From Moraxella sp. (GTDB lineage: Bacteria > Pseudomonadota > Gammaproteobacteria > Pseudomonadales > Moraxellaceae): DNA of 64,000 nucleotides. The notes beneath the pieces were generated by a model. It had not been told where the DNA came from. It did no database searches and saw only the letters and a list, made by a program, of their open reading frames with translations. Below, one piece after another: positions 1-10,091 of this stretch. The stretch spans positions 13,705 through 77,704 of the forward strand of contig JAUNEE010000001.1 of the NCBI GenBank assembly GCA_030525705.1, given 5' to 3'. Position 1 is the stretch's first letter. Each line of letters begins with the position of its first letter. A program made the position numbers and the translations under genes.

Positions 1-858
1 AAGCACCACAAACAGCACCGCCTGAGACAACCAAGCGAAGCTGTCCATGACACGCAGTACGTGTTCTGTGGCACGCACTTTTGTATTGCCGATGGCAACG
101 CCCGTCAGATACACCGCCAAAAAGCCTGAACCGCCAAGCAAGTTGGTGGCACTAAATACCGCAAAGCCTGCCGACATAATCAAAATGGCATACATACCAT
201 CTGCTAGATGCACCTTAGGCAAAAGCCGAGACAGTACATACCCCGCCAAAAGCCCCATCACAAGCCCAACGCCAATCTGCGTAAACAAAAGCTGTATCAC
301 ACTACCGATGGTCTGCGAGGCAGGGTCAAGGTTCACAGCGATAAGCGCTGTCACTAAAAGAATGGCTAAGGGGTCGTTCGCCCCTGATTCGATTTCAAGG
401 GTGGCTTGCACACGGTCGTTTAATTTGACCCCGCCATTTCTCAGCAAAGAAAAAACCGCAGCGGCATCAGTCGAACCAACAATGGCAGCAATGAGCATGC
501 CCAGCCGCCAGTCCACCTCTAAAAGCCATGTAATAAACAGACCCAGTGTAACCACCGTGGCAAGAACACCCCACGTTGCCAGCACCACCGCAGGTCTTAA
601 ACCGACACGAAAAGACTTTAGAGACGTTCTTAAACCACCGTCAAGCAAAATACACGCCAATGCTGCCTGCCCGATGAAGTTGGCAAGTCCGTATTGATTG
701 AACTCAATACCCAAAATGCCCTCTTCGCCCGCCAGTACACCTACGCCTAAAAAGAATAAAAGCAATGGCACGCCAAGACGGGCTGAAAGCGTGGTCGTCA
801 TGATACTCACAAATATCAAAACCGCAGAAACCAAGTATAAGATATTTAGAGTATCCAT
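1..858 (-). CDS. cvrA: K+/H+ antiporter CvrA/NhaP2 (5' part, runs off the window)
   Basis: Manual minus-strand translation gives MDTLNILYLVSAVLIFVSIMTTTLSARLGVPLLLFFLGVGVLAGEEG...ILLDGGLRT. GAGG RBS upstream; alternative ATG at 861. Not in the ORF track. Confidence 0.9.
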   Translation of the reverse strand, partial: MDTLNILYLVSAVLIFVSIMTTTLSARLGVPLLLFFLGVGVLAGEEGILGIEFNQYGLANFIGQAALACILLDGGLRTSLKSFRVGLRPAVVLATWGVLATVVTLGLFITWLLEVDWRLGMLIAAIVGSTDAAAVFSLLRNGGVKLNDRVQATLEIESGANDPLAILLVTALIAVNLDPASQTIGSVIQLLFTQIGVGLVMGLLAGYVLSRLLPKVHLADGMYAILIMSAGFAVFSATNLLGGSGFLAVYLTGVAIGNTKVRATEHVLRVMDSFAWLSQAVLFVVL

Positions 859-1092
859 CATCACCTCAAGTGTTGCTTAAGTATCGAAATCCAGTGGGCG
901 TATCATAGTGAAAATGATATTGACATTAACTTGGCAATCCTAACATAACTACACCAAATACGCCAGCCAAAAAGCCCAAAAACGATTAAAAAATCTTTTC
1001 CTATCATGAAGATGCATAAAAAACTTGTCTAAATGGCTAAGAATAGGCATAATAGTAGCTTTTATAACCAATTAAGCTTTTTTGGGGTACTT

Positions 1093-2883
1093 ATGCGTAC
1101 AGAATACTGCGGTAATGTTACCGAGCAATACATCGACCAAACCATCACTGTTGTGGGCTGGGTGCATCGTCGCCGTGACCACGGTGGGGTGATTTTCTTG
1201 GATATGAGAGACCGTGACGGTCTTTTGCAGGTGGTTATCGACCCTGACACCCCAGAGGCGTTCGCCACGGCTGACGCTGCCCGTTCTGAATACGTCCTAA
1301 AAATTACAGGTCGTGTGCGTAAGCGTTATGAAGGCACAGAAAATGCGAACATGAAAAGCGGTAACATCGAGCTTTTAGCAAAAGAAATTGAAACCCTTGC
1401 CAAAGCTGAAACTCCGCCCTTCCCATTAAATGACGAAACCATCAACGTCTCTGAGGAGCTGCGTTTAAAATACCGTTTCTTGGATATGCGTCGCCCAGAA
1501 ATGCAAGAACGCATGGTCTTTCGCGCAAAAGCCACATCAGTAATTCGCCGTTATTTGGACGAGCAAGGCTTCTTGGATGTAGAAACCCCGATTTTGACCC
1601 GTGCTACGCCTGAGGGTGCGCGTGATTACCTTGTACCAAGCCGTGTTTCTAATGGCGAATTTTATGCACTGCCTCAGTCGCCGCAACTCTTTAAGCAGCT
1701 TTTGATGGTGGCAGGCTTTGACCGCTATTATCAAATCGCCAAATGCTTCCGTGATGAAGACTTGCGTGCCGACCGCCAGCCTGAATTTACTCAGGTGGAC
1801 ATTGAGACTTCATTTATGAGTGATGAAGACATCATGAACTTGGCAGAGGGCTTAATCAAAAATCTATTCAAGACCATGATGGACATTGAATTCAATGCAT
1901 TCCCACGCATGACTTATGCCGATGCAATGAAATACTATGCCTCAGATAAGCCTGATTTGCGTATCCCGATGAAGCTTGTTGATGTCGCTGACATTATGCA
2001 AGCTGTAGAATTTAAAGTTTTCTCAGGTCCTGCAACTGACCCGAAAGGTCGTGTGGCAGCATTGCGTGTACCAAATGGTGGCGAACTAAGCCGTAAGCAA
2101 ATCGATGACTACACCAAATTTGTCGGCATTTATGGCGCCAAAGGCTTGGCATACATCAAAGTCAATGACGTTAGCAACATCAATAACGGTGTAGATAAAG
2201 AGTCAGGCTTGCAGTCACCCATCATTAAAAATATGACAGATGAAGTTTTGGTGGAATTGATTAAACGCACAGAAGCCCAAAACGGTGATATTATTTTCTT
2301 CGGTGCAGATAAAGCCAAGGTGGTGAATGACGCCATGGGTGCTTTGCGTGTCAAAATCGGTCATGACTTAAATATGGCGACTTGCCAATGGGCACCGCTG
2401 TGGGTGGTTGACTTCCCGATGTTCGAGGAGACCGATGACGGCAGATGGACTTCTGTGCACCACCCTTTCACCCGTCCAAAAGGCACGGTAGAAGAGATGA
2501 AAAATAGCCCAGAAACCGCTCTATCCATCGCTTATGACATGGTATTAAACGGCATTGAGTTAGGTGGTGGTAGCCTGCGTATTAGCACGCTTGAAATGCA
2601 AAAAGCCGTCTTTGAAGCACTGGGCATTTCTGAGGCAGAGGCAGAAGAGAAGTTTAGCTTCCTATTAAATGCTCTAAAATATGGCGCACCGCCACATGGT
2701 GGCTTGGCGTTTGGTCTTGACCGTCTTATCATGCTCATGGTGGGTGCAAGCTCTATCCGTGACGTCATCGCCTTCCCGAAAACCAAGACGGCTGAATGCC
2801 CGCTCACAGAAGCACCTGCCCCTGTTGACGCCAAGCAGCTGCGTGAACTTGGTATTCGTGTGCGTGAAAAAAATCAAGACTGA
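1093..2883 (+). CDS. aspS: aspartate--tRNA ligase
   Basis: MRTEYCG start, [35 protein letters not shown] and [12 protein letters not shown] motifs. Likely start is 1093, not 1033. Confidence 0.98.
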   Translation: MRTEYCGNVTEQYIDQTITVVGWVHRRRDHGGVIFLDMRDRDGLLQVVIDPDTPEAFATADAARSEYVLKITGRVRKRYEGTENANMKSGNIELLAKEIETLAKAETPPFPLNDETINVSEELRLKYRFLDMRRPEMQERMVFRAKATSVIRRYLDEQGFLDVETPILTRATPEGARDYLVPSRVSNGEFYALPQSPQLFKQLLMVAGFDRYYQIAKCFRDEDLRADRQPEFTQVDIETSFMSDEDIMNLAEGLIKNLFKTMMDIEFNAFPRMTYADAMKYYASDKPDLRIPMKLVDVADIMQAVEFKVFSGPATDPKGRVAALRVPNGGELSRKQIDDYTKFVGIYGAKGLAYIKVNDVSNINNGVDKESGLQSPIIKNMTDEVLVELIKRTEAQNGDIIFFGADKAKVVNDAMGALRVKIGHDLNMATCQWAPLWVVDFPMFEETDDGRWTSVHHPFTRPKGTVEEMKNSPETALSIAYDMVLNGIELGGGSLRISTLEMQKAVFEALGISEAEAEEKFSFLLNALKYGAPPHGGLAFGLDRLIMLMVGASSIRDVIAFPKTKTAECPLTEAPAPVDAKQLRELGIRVREKNQD

Positions 2884-2895
2884 TTTGGGCTTGAT

Positions 2896-3831
2896 ATGAA
2901 TCCTTACGGTGTTTTTCGCTATGTGCCTTTGTCTGTTTTGCGGACATTGGCACGTTTTGTTGCGTGGATGATTTTGCTTATGCCCAATCTGAGCATAAAC
3001 CGCTCTGTGCATACAAATCTCATGCTTGCCTATCCCAAACTCGGTGTTGGCGAGCGAAAGGCACTGCATCGGCAAATCGTCATCAATCAGTGCCTAACCA
3101 GCGTCGAGTCGATAAAATCATGGGCAATGCCGCCCGAGTGGTCGACCGCCCAAATAGCTAAGGTGCATAACCAAGCAGCACTCGAAAAAGCACTTGCCAA
3201 CCCTAAAGGTATGCTTGCCATTGTTCCGCACCTTGGGACTTGGGAAATTATGAATGCGTGGTTAAACCAGTTTGGCAGCCCCACCATTATGTACAAGCCC
3301 GTCAAAGGTAAGCTAAGCAACGACTTTGTACTACAAGGTCGCCAACGCCTAAACGCCACGCTAGTTCCGACAGATGGCACGGGCGTCAAAGCCATCTTTA
3401 AAACCTTAAAAGAAGGCGGTTTTAGTATTATCCTGCCCGACCACGTTCCTGACCCATCAGGCGGCGTGGTTGTGCCATTTTTTGGCATTCCTTGCTTGTC
3501 CTCGACCCTTGCACCGAAGCTTGCCAACAAAACAGGCTGTGCTTTGCTTGGGCTATCCTGCATTCGCATAGATGATGGATGCTTTGAGATTTTTTGTACG
3601 CCTTTAGAGAATCCTAACTTATATCATAAAGACCCGAAGATTGCGACTTTGGCACTCAATCACGTCATACAAGCGATGATTACAGGACGAGATGAGCATT
3701 ATATGTGGGGCTATCGACGATTTAAGCACGTTCCAAACATAGAAAACATCTACTGGTATACAGAGGCAGAATTAAAACCCGTCATTGAACACTATCACGC
3801 GATTGATTTAGATAAGACAACTATGGAGTAG
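2896..3831 (+). CDS. lipid A late acyltransferase (HtrB/MsbB, LpxL/LpxX family)
   Basis: PHLGTWE catalytic motif, LPDH, VVPFFG, YMWGYRRFK. Confidence 0.88.
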   Translation: MNPYGVFRYVPLSVLRTLARFVAWMILLMPNLSINRSVHTNLMLAYPKLGVGERKALHRQIVINQCLTSVESIKSWAMPPEWSTAQIAKVHNQAALEKALANPKGMLAIVPHLGTWEIMNAWLNQFGSPTIMYKPVKGKLSNDFVLQGRQRLNATLVPTDGTGVKAIFKTLKEGGFSIILPDHVPDPSGGVVVPFFGIPCLSSTLAPKLANKTGCALLGLSCIRIDDGCFEIFCTPLENPNLYHKDPKIATLALNHVIQAMITGRDEHYMWGYRRFKHVPNIENIYWYTEAELKPVIEHYHAIDLDKTTME

Positions 3832-3836
3832 ATTTC

Positions 3837-4583
3837 ATGAAAGAAAATTATTATATTATCTGTATGAAATGGGGCAAAAAATACGGTGCAGATTACGTTA
3901 ATCGTCTGTACAATATGGTTAAACGCCATTGCACCCTTGATTTTCAAATGGTTTGTCTTACCGATGATGAAACAGGCATTGATAAAAACGTCAAATGCCA
4001 TCCCATTCCCAAATTGAATTTACCCGACAATATCCCTGAGCGTGGCTGGAAAAAACTCACCACCTTTAAACCTGAATTATATGATTTAAAAGGGACGGCT
4101 TTATTTTTAGATATTGATATTGTCATTGTTGATAATATCGATTGTTTTTTCACCCATCAAGCACAGCATGAAGACAGTGTGATGATTATCCGTGACTGGA
4201 AAAAACCTTGGCGAATGGTGGGGAATTCATCGGTTTATCGTTTTAAAGTCGGACAAAATACTTATCCGAATTTATTAAATTATTTTGAAAATAATTTTGA
4301 AAAAGTACGTTCCGAAGTACGCCACGAACAGGCATTTTTATCCAATTATCTAAGAGAACATCATCATTTGGAATATTGGGATAGCTCGTGGTGTGTGAGT
4401 TTTAAATATCAGTGCGTACAACCTTTTCCAATGAGTTTTTTTAAAGCCCCTATTTTGCCAGAAACCGCTAAAATGGTGATTTTTCACGGTGAGGTCAATC
4501 CACCAGATGCCATTATTGGACGCAGTGGAAAATGGTATCGTAAAGTTTTGCCTACCCCTTGGATTGTGGAGCATTGGAAATGA
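3837..4583 (+). CDS. putative GT-A fold glycosyltransferase (unassigned family)
   Basis: ICMKWGKKYGADYVNRLYNMV N-terminus, LFLDIDIVI DxD motif, VIFHGEVNP; lies in the LOS operon. Confidence 0.7.
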   Translation: MKENYYIICMKWGKKYGADYVNRLYNMVKRHCTLDFQMVCLTDDETGIDKNVKCHPIPKLNLPDNIPERGWKKLTTFKPELYDLKGTALFLDIDIVIVDNIDCFFTHQAQHEDSVMIIRDWKKPWRMVGNSSVYRFKVGQNTYPNLLNYFENNFEKVRSEVRHEQAFLSNYLREHHHLEYWDSSWCVSFKYQCVQPFPMSFFKAPILPETAKMVIFHGEVNPPDAIIGRSGKWYRKVLPTPWIVEHWK

Positions 4584-6166
4584 GCTACAAATTATCTGTG
4601 GTCATGATTGTTAAAAATGAATCTAAAAATTTAATGATTTCTTTGCCCGCACTGGAAGGCTTGGCAGATGAAATTATTATTTTAGATAGCGGGAGTACGG
4701 ATAATAGCCGCGAAATCGCTGAGCAATATGGGGCAAAATGGTTTGTGAATACAAACTGGCAAGGATTTGGAAAGCAGCGTCAAACTGCCCAGTCCTATGC
4801 CGCAGGTGATTGGATTCTAGCCCTTGATGCCGATGAAGAAATTACACCTGAATTAAAACAAAGTATTTTAGCAGTTATCCAAAATAAACCTGAAAATACG
4901 GTCTATGGTATTAAACGCATTGATTGTGTTTTCGGGCAAGAAATTGACAATAAATATTGGGCAATTAAAGCCCATTGGCGATTATATCCAAAACATTTTC
5001 AATATGACGATAATCTGGTACATGAATCTGTGGTTTTAAATAATGCAAAAACAGAGCATTTAAAAGGTTTTTTACGTCATCATACCGCAGAAACGCCATT
5101 ATTTTGGCTGACCAAGCGTTTAGAATATGCTAAAGCATGGGCAGATGACCGCCATAGACAAGGCAAAAAAGGGAAGTTTCATAAAGTAATTTTAAATCCT
5201 TTTTGGGCTTTTTTTAAACAATATTTTTTTGATGGACGTTTTTTACAAGGGCGTTATGGCTTAATTTATTCTTTATTATTTACTCAATATACATTTAATA
5301 AATATGCGATTTTATACGATTTAACCCACAATCAAGCGGAACAAGCGTTTTTAAAATCCATTGATATGGCGCAGCAGTTACAACCTATTGATTTATCACA
5401 AAAGAAAAGTACATTATCTTTAGTGATGATTTTAAAAAATGAAAGTAAACATTTAAAGGCTTGTTTAGATACTGTCCATGATATTGTCGATGAAATTATC
5501 ATTTTAGACAGTGGAAGTACAGACCATACCAAACAAATCGCCGAGCAATACGGGGCAAAATGGTATGTCAATACAAACTGGCAAGGGTTTGGCAAGCAGC
5601 GTCAAATCGCCCAAAGCTATGCCACCAGCGACTATGTTCTGGTGTTAGATGCCGATGAACGCTTAGACCAAGAGTTACGCCAATCCATCGTTAATATTTT
5701 AAATCAACCAGTACAAACCGATAAAGTATTTAGTATCGCTCGTGTTAATACATTTTGTGGTGTGGAAGTCCAGCCAAGAAAATGGTATACAGACAAACTG
5801 GCACGGCTGTATGCAAATCAGCATTTTAAATATTCTGATTTAGAAGTACATGAATCACTTGACCAAAAAGGTGTACCGAGCCAAGTTTTAAATGGTTATT
5901 TGCCTCATATTACTAATGATAACTTGCACCATTTTTTATTTAAAAATATAAGATATAGCCATGACTGGGCAAAAGAAAAATACAATAAAGGCAAACGTGT
6001 TAGTTTAATTGGTTTATTATTTCGCTCTTGGTTCTCATTTATTCGAGAATATATTATGCGTGCTGATTTTATGGGTGGTACATATGGCTTTATTTTAGCA
6101 GTCGCATCATTAGGATATACCATGGATAAATACATTATGCTTTGGCATATAAATCAGGAGAAATAA
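4580..6166 (+). CDS. two-domain GT2 glucosyltransferase, Lgt3-like (tandem WaaE/KdtX-type domains)
   Basis: Two copies of LSxVMIxKNE...IILDSGSTD...WQGFGKQRQ...LDADE...VHES. ATG at 4580 overlaps the upstream TGA. Confidence 0.88.
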   Translation: MSYKLSVVMIVKNESKNLMISLPALEGLADEIIILDSGSTDNSREIAEQYGAKWFVNTNWQGFGKQRQTAQSYAAGDWILALDADEEITPELKQSILAVIQNKPENTVYGIKRIDCVFGQEIDNKYWAIKAHWRLYPKHFQYDDNLVHESVVLNNAKTEHLKGFLRHHTAETPLFWLTKRLEYAKAWADDRHRQGKKGKFHKVILNPFWAFFKQYFFDGRFLQGRYGLIYSLLFTQYTFNKYAILYDLTHNQAEQAFLKSIDMAQQLQPIDLSQKKSTLSLVMILKNESKHLKACLDTVHDIVDEIIILDSGSTDHTKQIAEQYGAKWYVNTNWQGFGKQRQIAQSYATSDYVLVLDADERLDQELRQSIVNILNQPVQTDKVFSIARVNTFCGVEVQPRKWYTDKLARLYANQHFKYSDLEVHESLDQKGVPSQVLNGYLPHITNDNLHHFLFKNIRYSHDWAKEKYNKGKRVSLIGLLFRSWFSFIREYIMRADFMGGTYGFILAVASLGYTMDKYIMLWHINQEK

Positions 6167-6201
6167 GATAGATAAACAAACGCTAAAAAATCAGGCAAAC
6201 T

Positions 6202-7023
6202 ATGAAAAATCAGGTTATTAGTTTAAAAAATGCAGCAGACAGACGCACGCATATTACGCAGGAGTTCTCTAGGCAAGGTGTTTCTTTTGATTTTTTTGAC
6301 GCCATTACACCAGAATTACTCGAGAAAACCGCTCAAGCCCTTTCTATTAACATCATGGATAATGCCTTACTGTCCATGGGTGAAAAAGCCTGTTTTTTAA
6401 GTCATGTTTGCCTATGGCAAAAAATGATAGATGAAAATCTGCCTTATATGGCGATTTTTGAAGATGATATTTATTTGGGCAAAAATGCCCAGTTATTTTT
6501 ACAAGAAACGGATTGGCTTCCAAAAAAAGCAGATGAATTTTTAATAAAACTAGAGGGCTTTGATAAAAATAGGCAGTTTAATCATACCCCTTTATTTATA
6601 AAAGACGGTCGTCATTTGGTATGTCTGCACGAAGAGCATTTGGGTGCAGCAGGTTATCTTCTATCTTATAAAATGGCAGAAAAACTGTTAATGCTGGTGC
6701 GTCATGAGATGGTTTTATCTCCTGTTGATAATTTAATCTTTGGGTATTATCCGTTTGTAAAAAATAGCTATCTGGTATACCAATTGAACCCTGCCCTTTG
6801 TATTCAAAGTGACCGATGCTCTCTTTTTTTAGAGCACAATAAAAACAAAGTTTTTAATAGTCAGCTTTTAGATGAAAGAATACAACACAGAGAAAAACAA
6901 GGTTTTGATTTAAATAAAAAAAAGAAAGGGCTTTTTCATAAAATTATCAGGGAAATCGCCCGCCCTTTCTTAAGACTTTACAAAGCCCTACAGCAAAGAA
7001 AAAACAGCATAGGATTTCGTTAA
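6202..7023 (+). CDS. GT25 LOS glycosyltransferase (Lgt2/LgtB/Lex1-like)
   Basis: VISLKNAADRR, FFDAITP, GEKACFLSH, IFEDD, GAAGYLLS. Confidence 0.9.
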   Translation: MKNQVISLKNAADRRTHITQEFSRQGVSFDFFDAITPELLEKTAQALSINIMDNALLSMGEKACFLSHVCLWQKMIDENLPYMAIFEDDIYLGKNAQLFLQETDWLPKKADEFLIKLEGFDKNRQFNHTPLFIKDGRHLVCLHEEHLGAAGYLLSYKMAEKLLMLVRHEMVLSPVDNLIFGYYPFVKNSYLVYQLNPALCIQSDRCSLFLEHNKNKVFNSQLLDERIQHREKQGFDLNKKKKGLFHKIIREIARPFLRLYKALQQRKNSIGFR

Positions 7024-7835
7024 TGCCAAATACTTGCCAAGTCATCAGCTTAAACAACGCCACGGATAGACGCTCACATATCGAGCATACTTTTAAGGCC
7101 GCCAAGGTGGATTATGAATTTTTTGACGCCATTACGCCCGATACGTTGGTAGATATGGGAAAACTGCTCGGTCTTAATAATTTATTATCAAATAAAAGGC
7201 TGTCCATGGGTGAAAAATCCTGCTTTTTAAGTCATATTGCCATTTGGCAAAAAATGATAGATGATGAGCTGCCCTATGTTATTGTTTTTGAAGATGATGT
7301 GCTTTTAGGGGAAAATGCCGCCGATATTTTTATGGATAAAACATGGCTATCTATAATCTGTGACAACATAGATGTCTTGAAATTTGAAACCTTTTATGAA
7401 AAAGTTCATTTAAATCATGCCGCTCTTTTTTTATCCAAGTCTTTACCCAAAGAAAATCCACCACGACATTTATACCGCCTAAAAAGCCCACAAATGGGTG
7501 CGGGTGCTTATTTAATTTCTTCAAATGCTGCAAAACAGCTGTTAAAAAAAATACAAGAAACACCCAGTCATGCTTTAATGGCAATAGACCATATATTATT
7601 TGAGGTATTTATTCAGGAATTTAATATTTATCAAATGAAACCTGCGATTGCCTGCCAGTTAATGTTTCAAGATAAAGAAAAATTGCCCAGTCAGCTAGAA
7701 GTGCATAGAATCAGCAATGCCAACAACTCAAATAAACTCCAATACACCCTCCCCCAAAAAATCCTTAATATTTTTAAACGCCTAAAACGCAGCATCGGTA
7801 AAAGAACGTTTTATCAAACGATTGAGTTTAAATAA
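7023..7835 (+). CDS. GT25 LOS glycosyltransferase, tandem paralog
   Basis: VISLNNATDRR, FFDAITP, GEKSCFLSH, VFEDD, GAGAYLIS. Translationally coupled (TAATG). Confidence 0.9.
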   Translation: MPNTCQVISLNNATDRRSHIEHTFKAAKVDYEFFDAITPDTLVDMGKLLGLNNLLSNKRLSMGEKSCFLSHIAIWQKMIDDELPYVIVFEDDVLLGENAADIFMDKTWLSIICDNIDVLKFETFYEKVHLNHAALFLSKSLPKENPPRHLYRLKSPQMGAGAYLISSNAAKQLLKKIQETPSHALMAIDHILFEVFIQEFNIYQMKPAIACQLMFQDKEKLPSQLEVHRISNANNSNKLQYTLPQKILNIFKRLKRSIGKRTFYQTIEFK

Positions 7836-7859
7836 ACTCTTAAAAATAGACGGTTTATT

Positions 7860-7962
7860 TCTTGAGCGATGCCTACAGACGGGAAAAACAATAGTGACTC
7901 AATAAATCTGCTTTGAGCGGTTTTTCTTGTTTTTGAGTTTTTCATATTTTAAGTCTTGCAGG
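7860..7962. repeat. highly degenerate copy of the dispersed intergenic element
   Basis: gggaaaaacaatagtgactcaataaatctgctttgagcggtttttcttgttttt resembles the copies at 10951-11035 and 40043-40167. Confidence 0.35.
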
Positions 7963-7971
7963 GCTGAATAT

Positions 7972-8001
7972 AAAAAAGACGATTTAAAAACCGTCTTTTT
8001 T
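7972..8001. terminator. bidirectional rho-independent terminator
   Basis: aaaaaagacg-atttaaaaac-cgtctttttt between convergent genes. Confidence 0.75.
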
Positions 8002-8009
8002 ATCATTTT

Positions 8010-8999
8010 TCACTCATCTGCCATATGTAGTCTTGCTTTAATATTGGCTTTGGCACGAGGTTTTTGGGGATTTAGCGTTTCGCCCGCCAGTACTTTTTCA
8101 TAACAGACTTGATAGGATTTCGCCATAGCGGTATGGCTAAAATGGATTTTTGCGTGCTCATGGCAAGCCCTGCGGTCGAAACGGTCAATGTCTTTTACGG
8201 CTTCAGTCAGCACTTCATAGCGGTCAGACAGCACGCCCAGATTTTCTTGATTGATAATATCAGGCAGTGAGCCAAAAGGTGTGGCAAAGACAGGACAGCC
8301 CAAATACAAACTCTCCGTCACCGCAAGCCCAAAAGGTTCATGCCACAGCACAGGGAAAATTAGCCCTTTTGAATTGGCGATAAGCGTGTTTTTCTCTTCA
8401 CCGCCCACCATGCCATGAAAATGCAGACTGGGCGACAGATAAAAATACGGATTTCTGCGGATATTAAAGCGATTACCACCCAAAACATGCAAGGATTTGC
8501 CCGCAGCTTTGGCGATACGCACCGTGCCTTGCAGGTTTTTTACACGCCATGACGCTTTTGCCAAAAAATGCACATAGTCTTTAGGCTTATCTAAATTGGG
8601 CTTGCCATAACTTTCCCAGTACAGCCCATTATGCACATAACACACAGCTGTATTATTTTCGGCGTGCTTACTGGATAAATAAATGGTGTTGATGGGAAAT
8701 TCTTTTTCAACTTCTGAATTGCTATGCTCTGTGCAAACAAACGGCTTAGACAGCTCGCCCTCATAAGGCCAATGAAAATGCACGATATCGGGCCACTGTC
8801 CAATCTGCTCATCAAAGGACCTGGCATCATCGTATACTTGTACATCGGGGTGATTGTTGGCATTGGCTTTTAATAGATAACGCACCTCATGCCCCATTTC
8901 TTTTTGGGCAAGCCCCAATGCCCAAAGTACACGCTCTGTTCCGCCGTATTTTGGCGGTGGCAAAGGCATACGAGTTAAAAGTACGTGCAGGATTTTCAT
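8010..8999 (-). CDS. GT4 (GT-B) glycosyltransferase
   Basis: LPPPKYGGTERV and FPVLWHEPFGLAVTESLYLGCPV (EX7E motif). Confidence 0.9.
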   Translation of the reverse strand: MKILHVLLTRMPLPPPKYGGTERVLWALGLAQKEMGHEVRYLLKANANNHPDVQVYDDARSFDEQIGQWPDIVHFHWPYEGELSKPFVCTEHSNSEVEKEFPINTIYLSSKHAENNTAVCYVHNGLYWESYGKPNLDKPKDYVHFLAKASWRVKNLQGTVRIAKAAGKSLHVLGGNRFNIRRNPYFYLSPSLHFHGMVGGEEKNTLIANSKGLIFPVLWHEPFGLAVTESLYLGCPVFATPFGSLPDIINQENLGVLSDRYEVLTEAVKDIDRFDRRACHEHAKIHFSHTAMAKSYQVCYEKVLAGETLNPQKPRAKANIKARLHMADE

Positions 9000-9018
9000 A
9001 AAGCCTCCGCATCAATCA

Positions 9019-9047
9019 TTGACAAAAAATAGATATATTGCAATAAT
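9019..9047 (+). promoter_or_regulatory. sigma70 promoter for the 9111 operon
   Basis: TTGACA-17 bp-AATAAT with TG extension. Confidence 0.55.
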
Positions 9048-9110
9048 ACCACAGTTTTTATAAAAAGTCATGAACCGTTAATCGTCCATTTCAAATACAA
9101 GTGAATACCT

Positions 9111-10079
9111 ATGAAAATTCTGTTTCATGATAATCAGCTAAGCTATCGTGGTACTTCCAATGCAATGTTCGATTATGCATTTTATAGCAGAGAACTTCTT
9201 GGGCATGAGCCAGTAATCACCTACCAAAAGGACAATGAAAATAATTTTACACCCGCAATTAAAAGATTTTGTGACAACTTCGAAGTCATACCCTACCAAA
9301 ATACACAAGAACTAAAAAATATCATCAAAAATGAGCAAATTGACTTATTTTACAAAATTACTGGCGGCGAAAAAGAGAATCTGGGCATTGATATAAAAAC
9401 AGTCATTCATGCAGTCTTTAAGCATTATGAACCTTATGGGGATGTTTATGCTTATGTATCAAAATGGCTTTCTTTAGAAATGAGTCAAGGGCAATCACCT
9501 TTTGTTCCGCATATCATTCACTTGCCAGACCATCAAGCAGATTTAAGGGCGGAATTAGGCATTCCAAAAGACGCCATCGTTTTTGGTCAATATGGCGGTG
9601 CCGAATCCTTTGATATTAAATTTGTCCAAAAAACAATAAAACGCTTATCCAAAAAAAGAAAAGATTTATTCTTTTTATTTATGGGGACAAATCCTTTTGC
9701 CAAAGCCAATCTCTTTTTTAAATATAAAAATATCATATTTTTGCCAACCAATGTTGATATGATGTATAAAGTTGCTTTTATCAACACCTGTGACGCCTTT
9801 ATTCATGCCAGACATCGGGGTGAAACATTTGGTATTGCCATCGGGGAATTCTCCTCAAAAAATAAACCCATTATTACTTTTGGAGATTCTGAAGAAAAGA
9901 ATCATTTACAGGTATTAAAGGATAAAGCGATTTTATATAGCAATGAGCATGAATTAACTGACATTTTAATGTCTTTTAATCCTAATGTTATGAAACAAAA
10001 AGATTGGGATTGCTACAGTCAAGCATATTCCCCTGCCAATGTCATGACGCAATTCAACCAAGTTTTTATAGAAAATTAA
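9111..10079 (+). CDS. putative GT-B glycosyltransferase (divergent GT4-like)
   Basis: NQLSYRGTSNAMFDYA, LRAELGIP, CDAFIHARHRGETFGIAIGE (EX7E). Confidence 0.72.
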   Translation: MKILFHDNQLSYRGTSNAMFDYAFYSRELLGHEPVITYQKDNENNFTPAIKRFCDNFEVIPYQNTQELKNIIKNEQIDLFYKITGGEKENLGIDIKTVIHAVFKHYEPYGDVYAYVSKWLSLEMSQGQSPFVPHIIHLPDHQADLRAELGIPKDAIVFGQYGGAESFDIKFVQKTIKRLSKKRKDLFFLFMGTNPFAKANLFFKYKNIIFLPTNVDMMYKVAFINTCDAFIHARHRGETFGIAIGEFSSKNKPIITFGDSEEKNHLQVLKDKAILYSNEHELTDILMSFNPNVMKQKDWDCYSQAYSPANVMTQFNQVFIEN

Positions 10080-10091
10080 GCGAGATTTTTC

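Noticed and set aside
47-880. Plus-strand ORFs 47-697 and 698-880
   Set aside because: Antisense shadows of the minus-strand cvrA gene.
6202-7835. Phase-variable tracts in the GT25 genes
   Set aside because: No poly-G/C or tetranucleotide repeats. The A8 run at about 6916-6923 simply encodes lysines in an intact frame.
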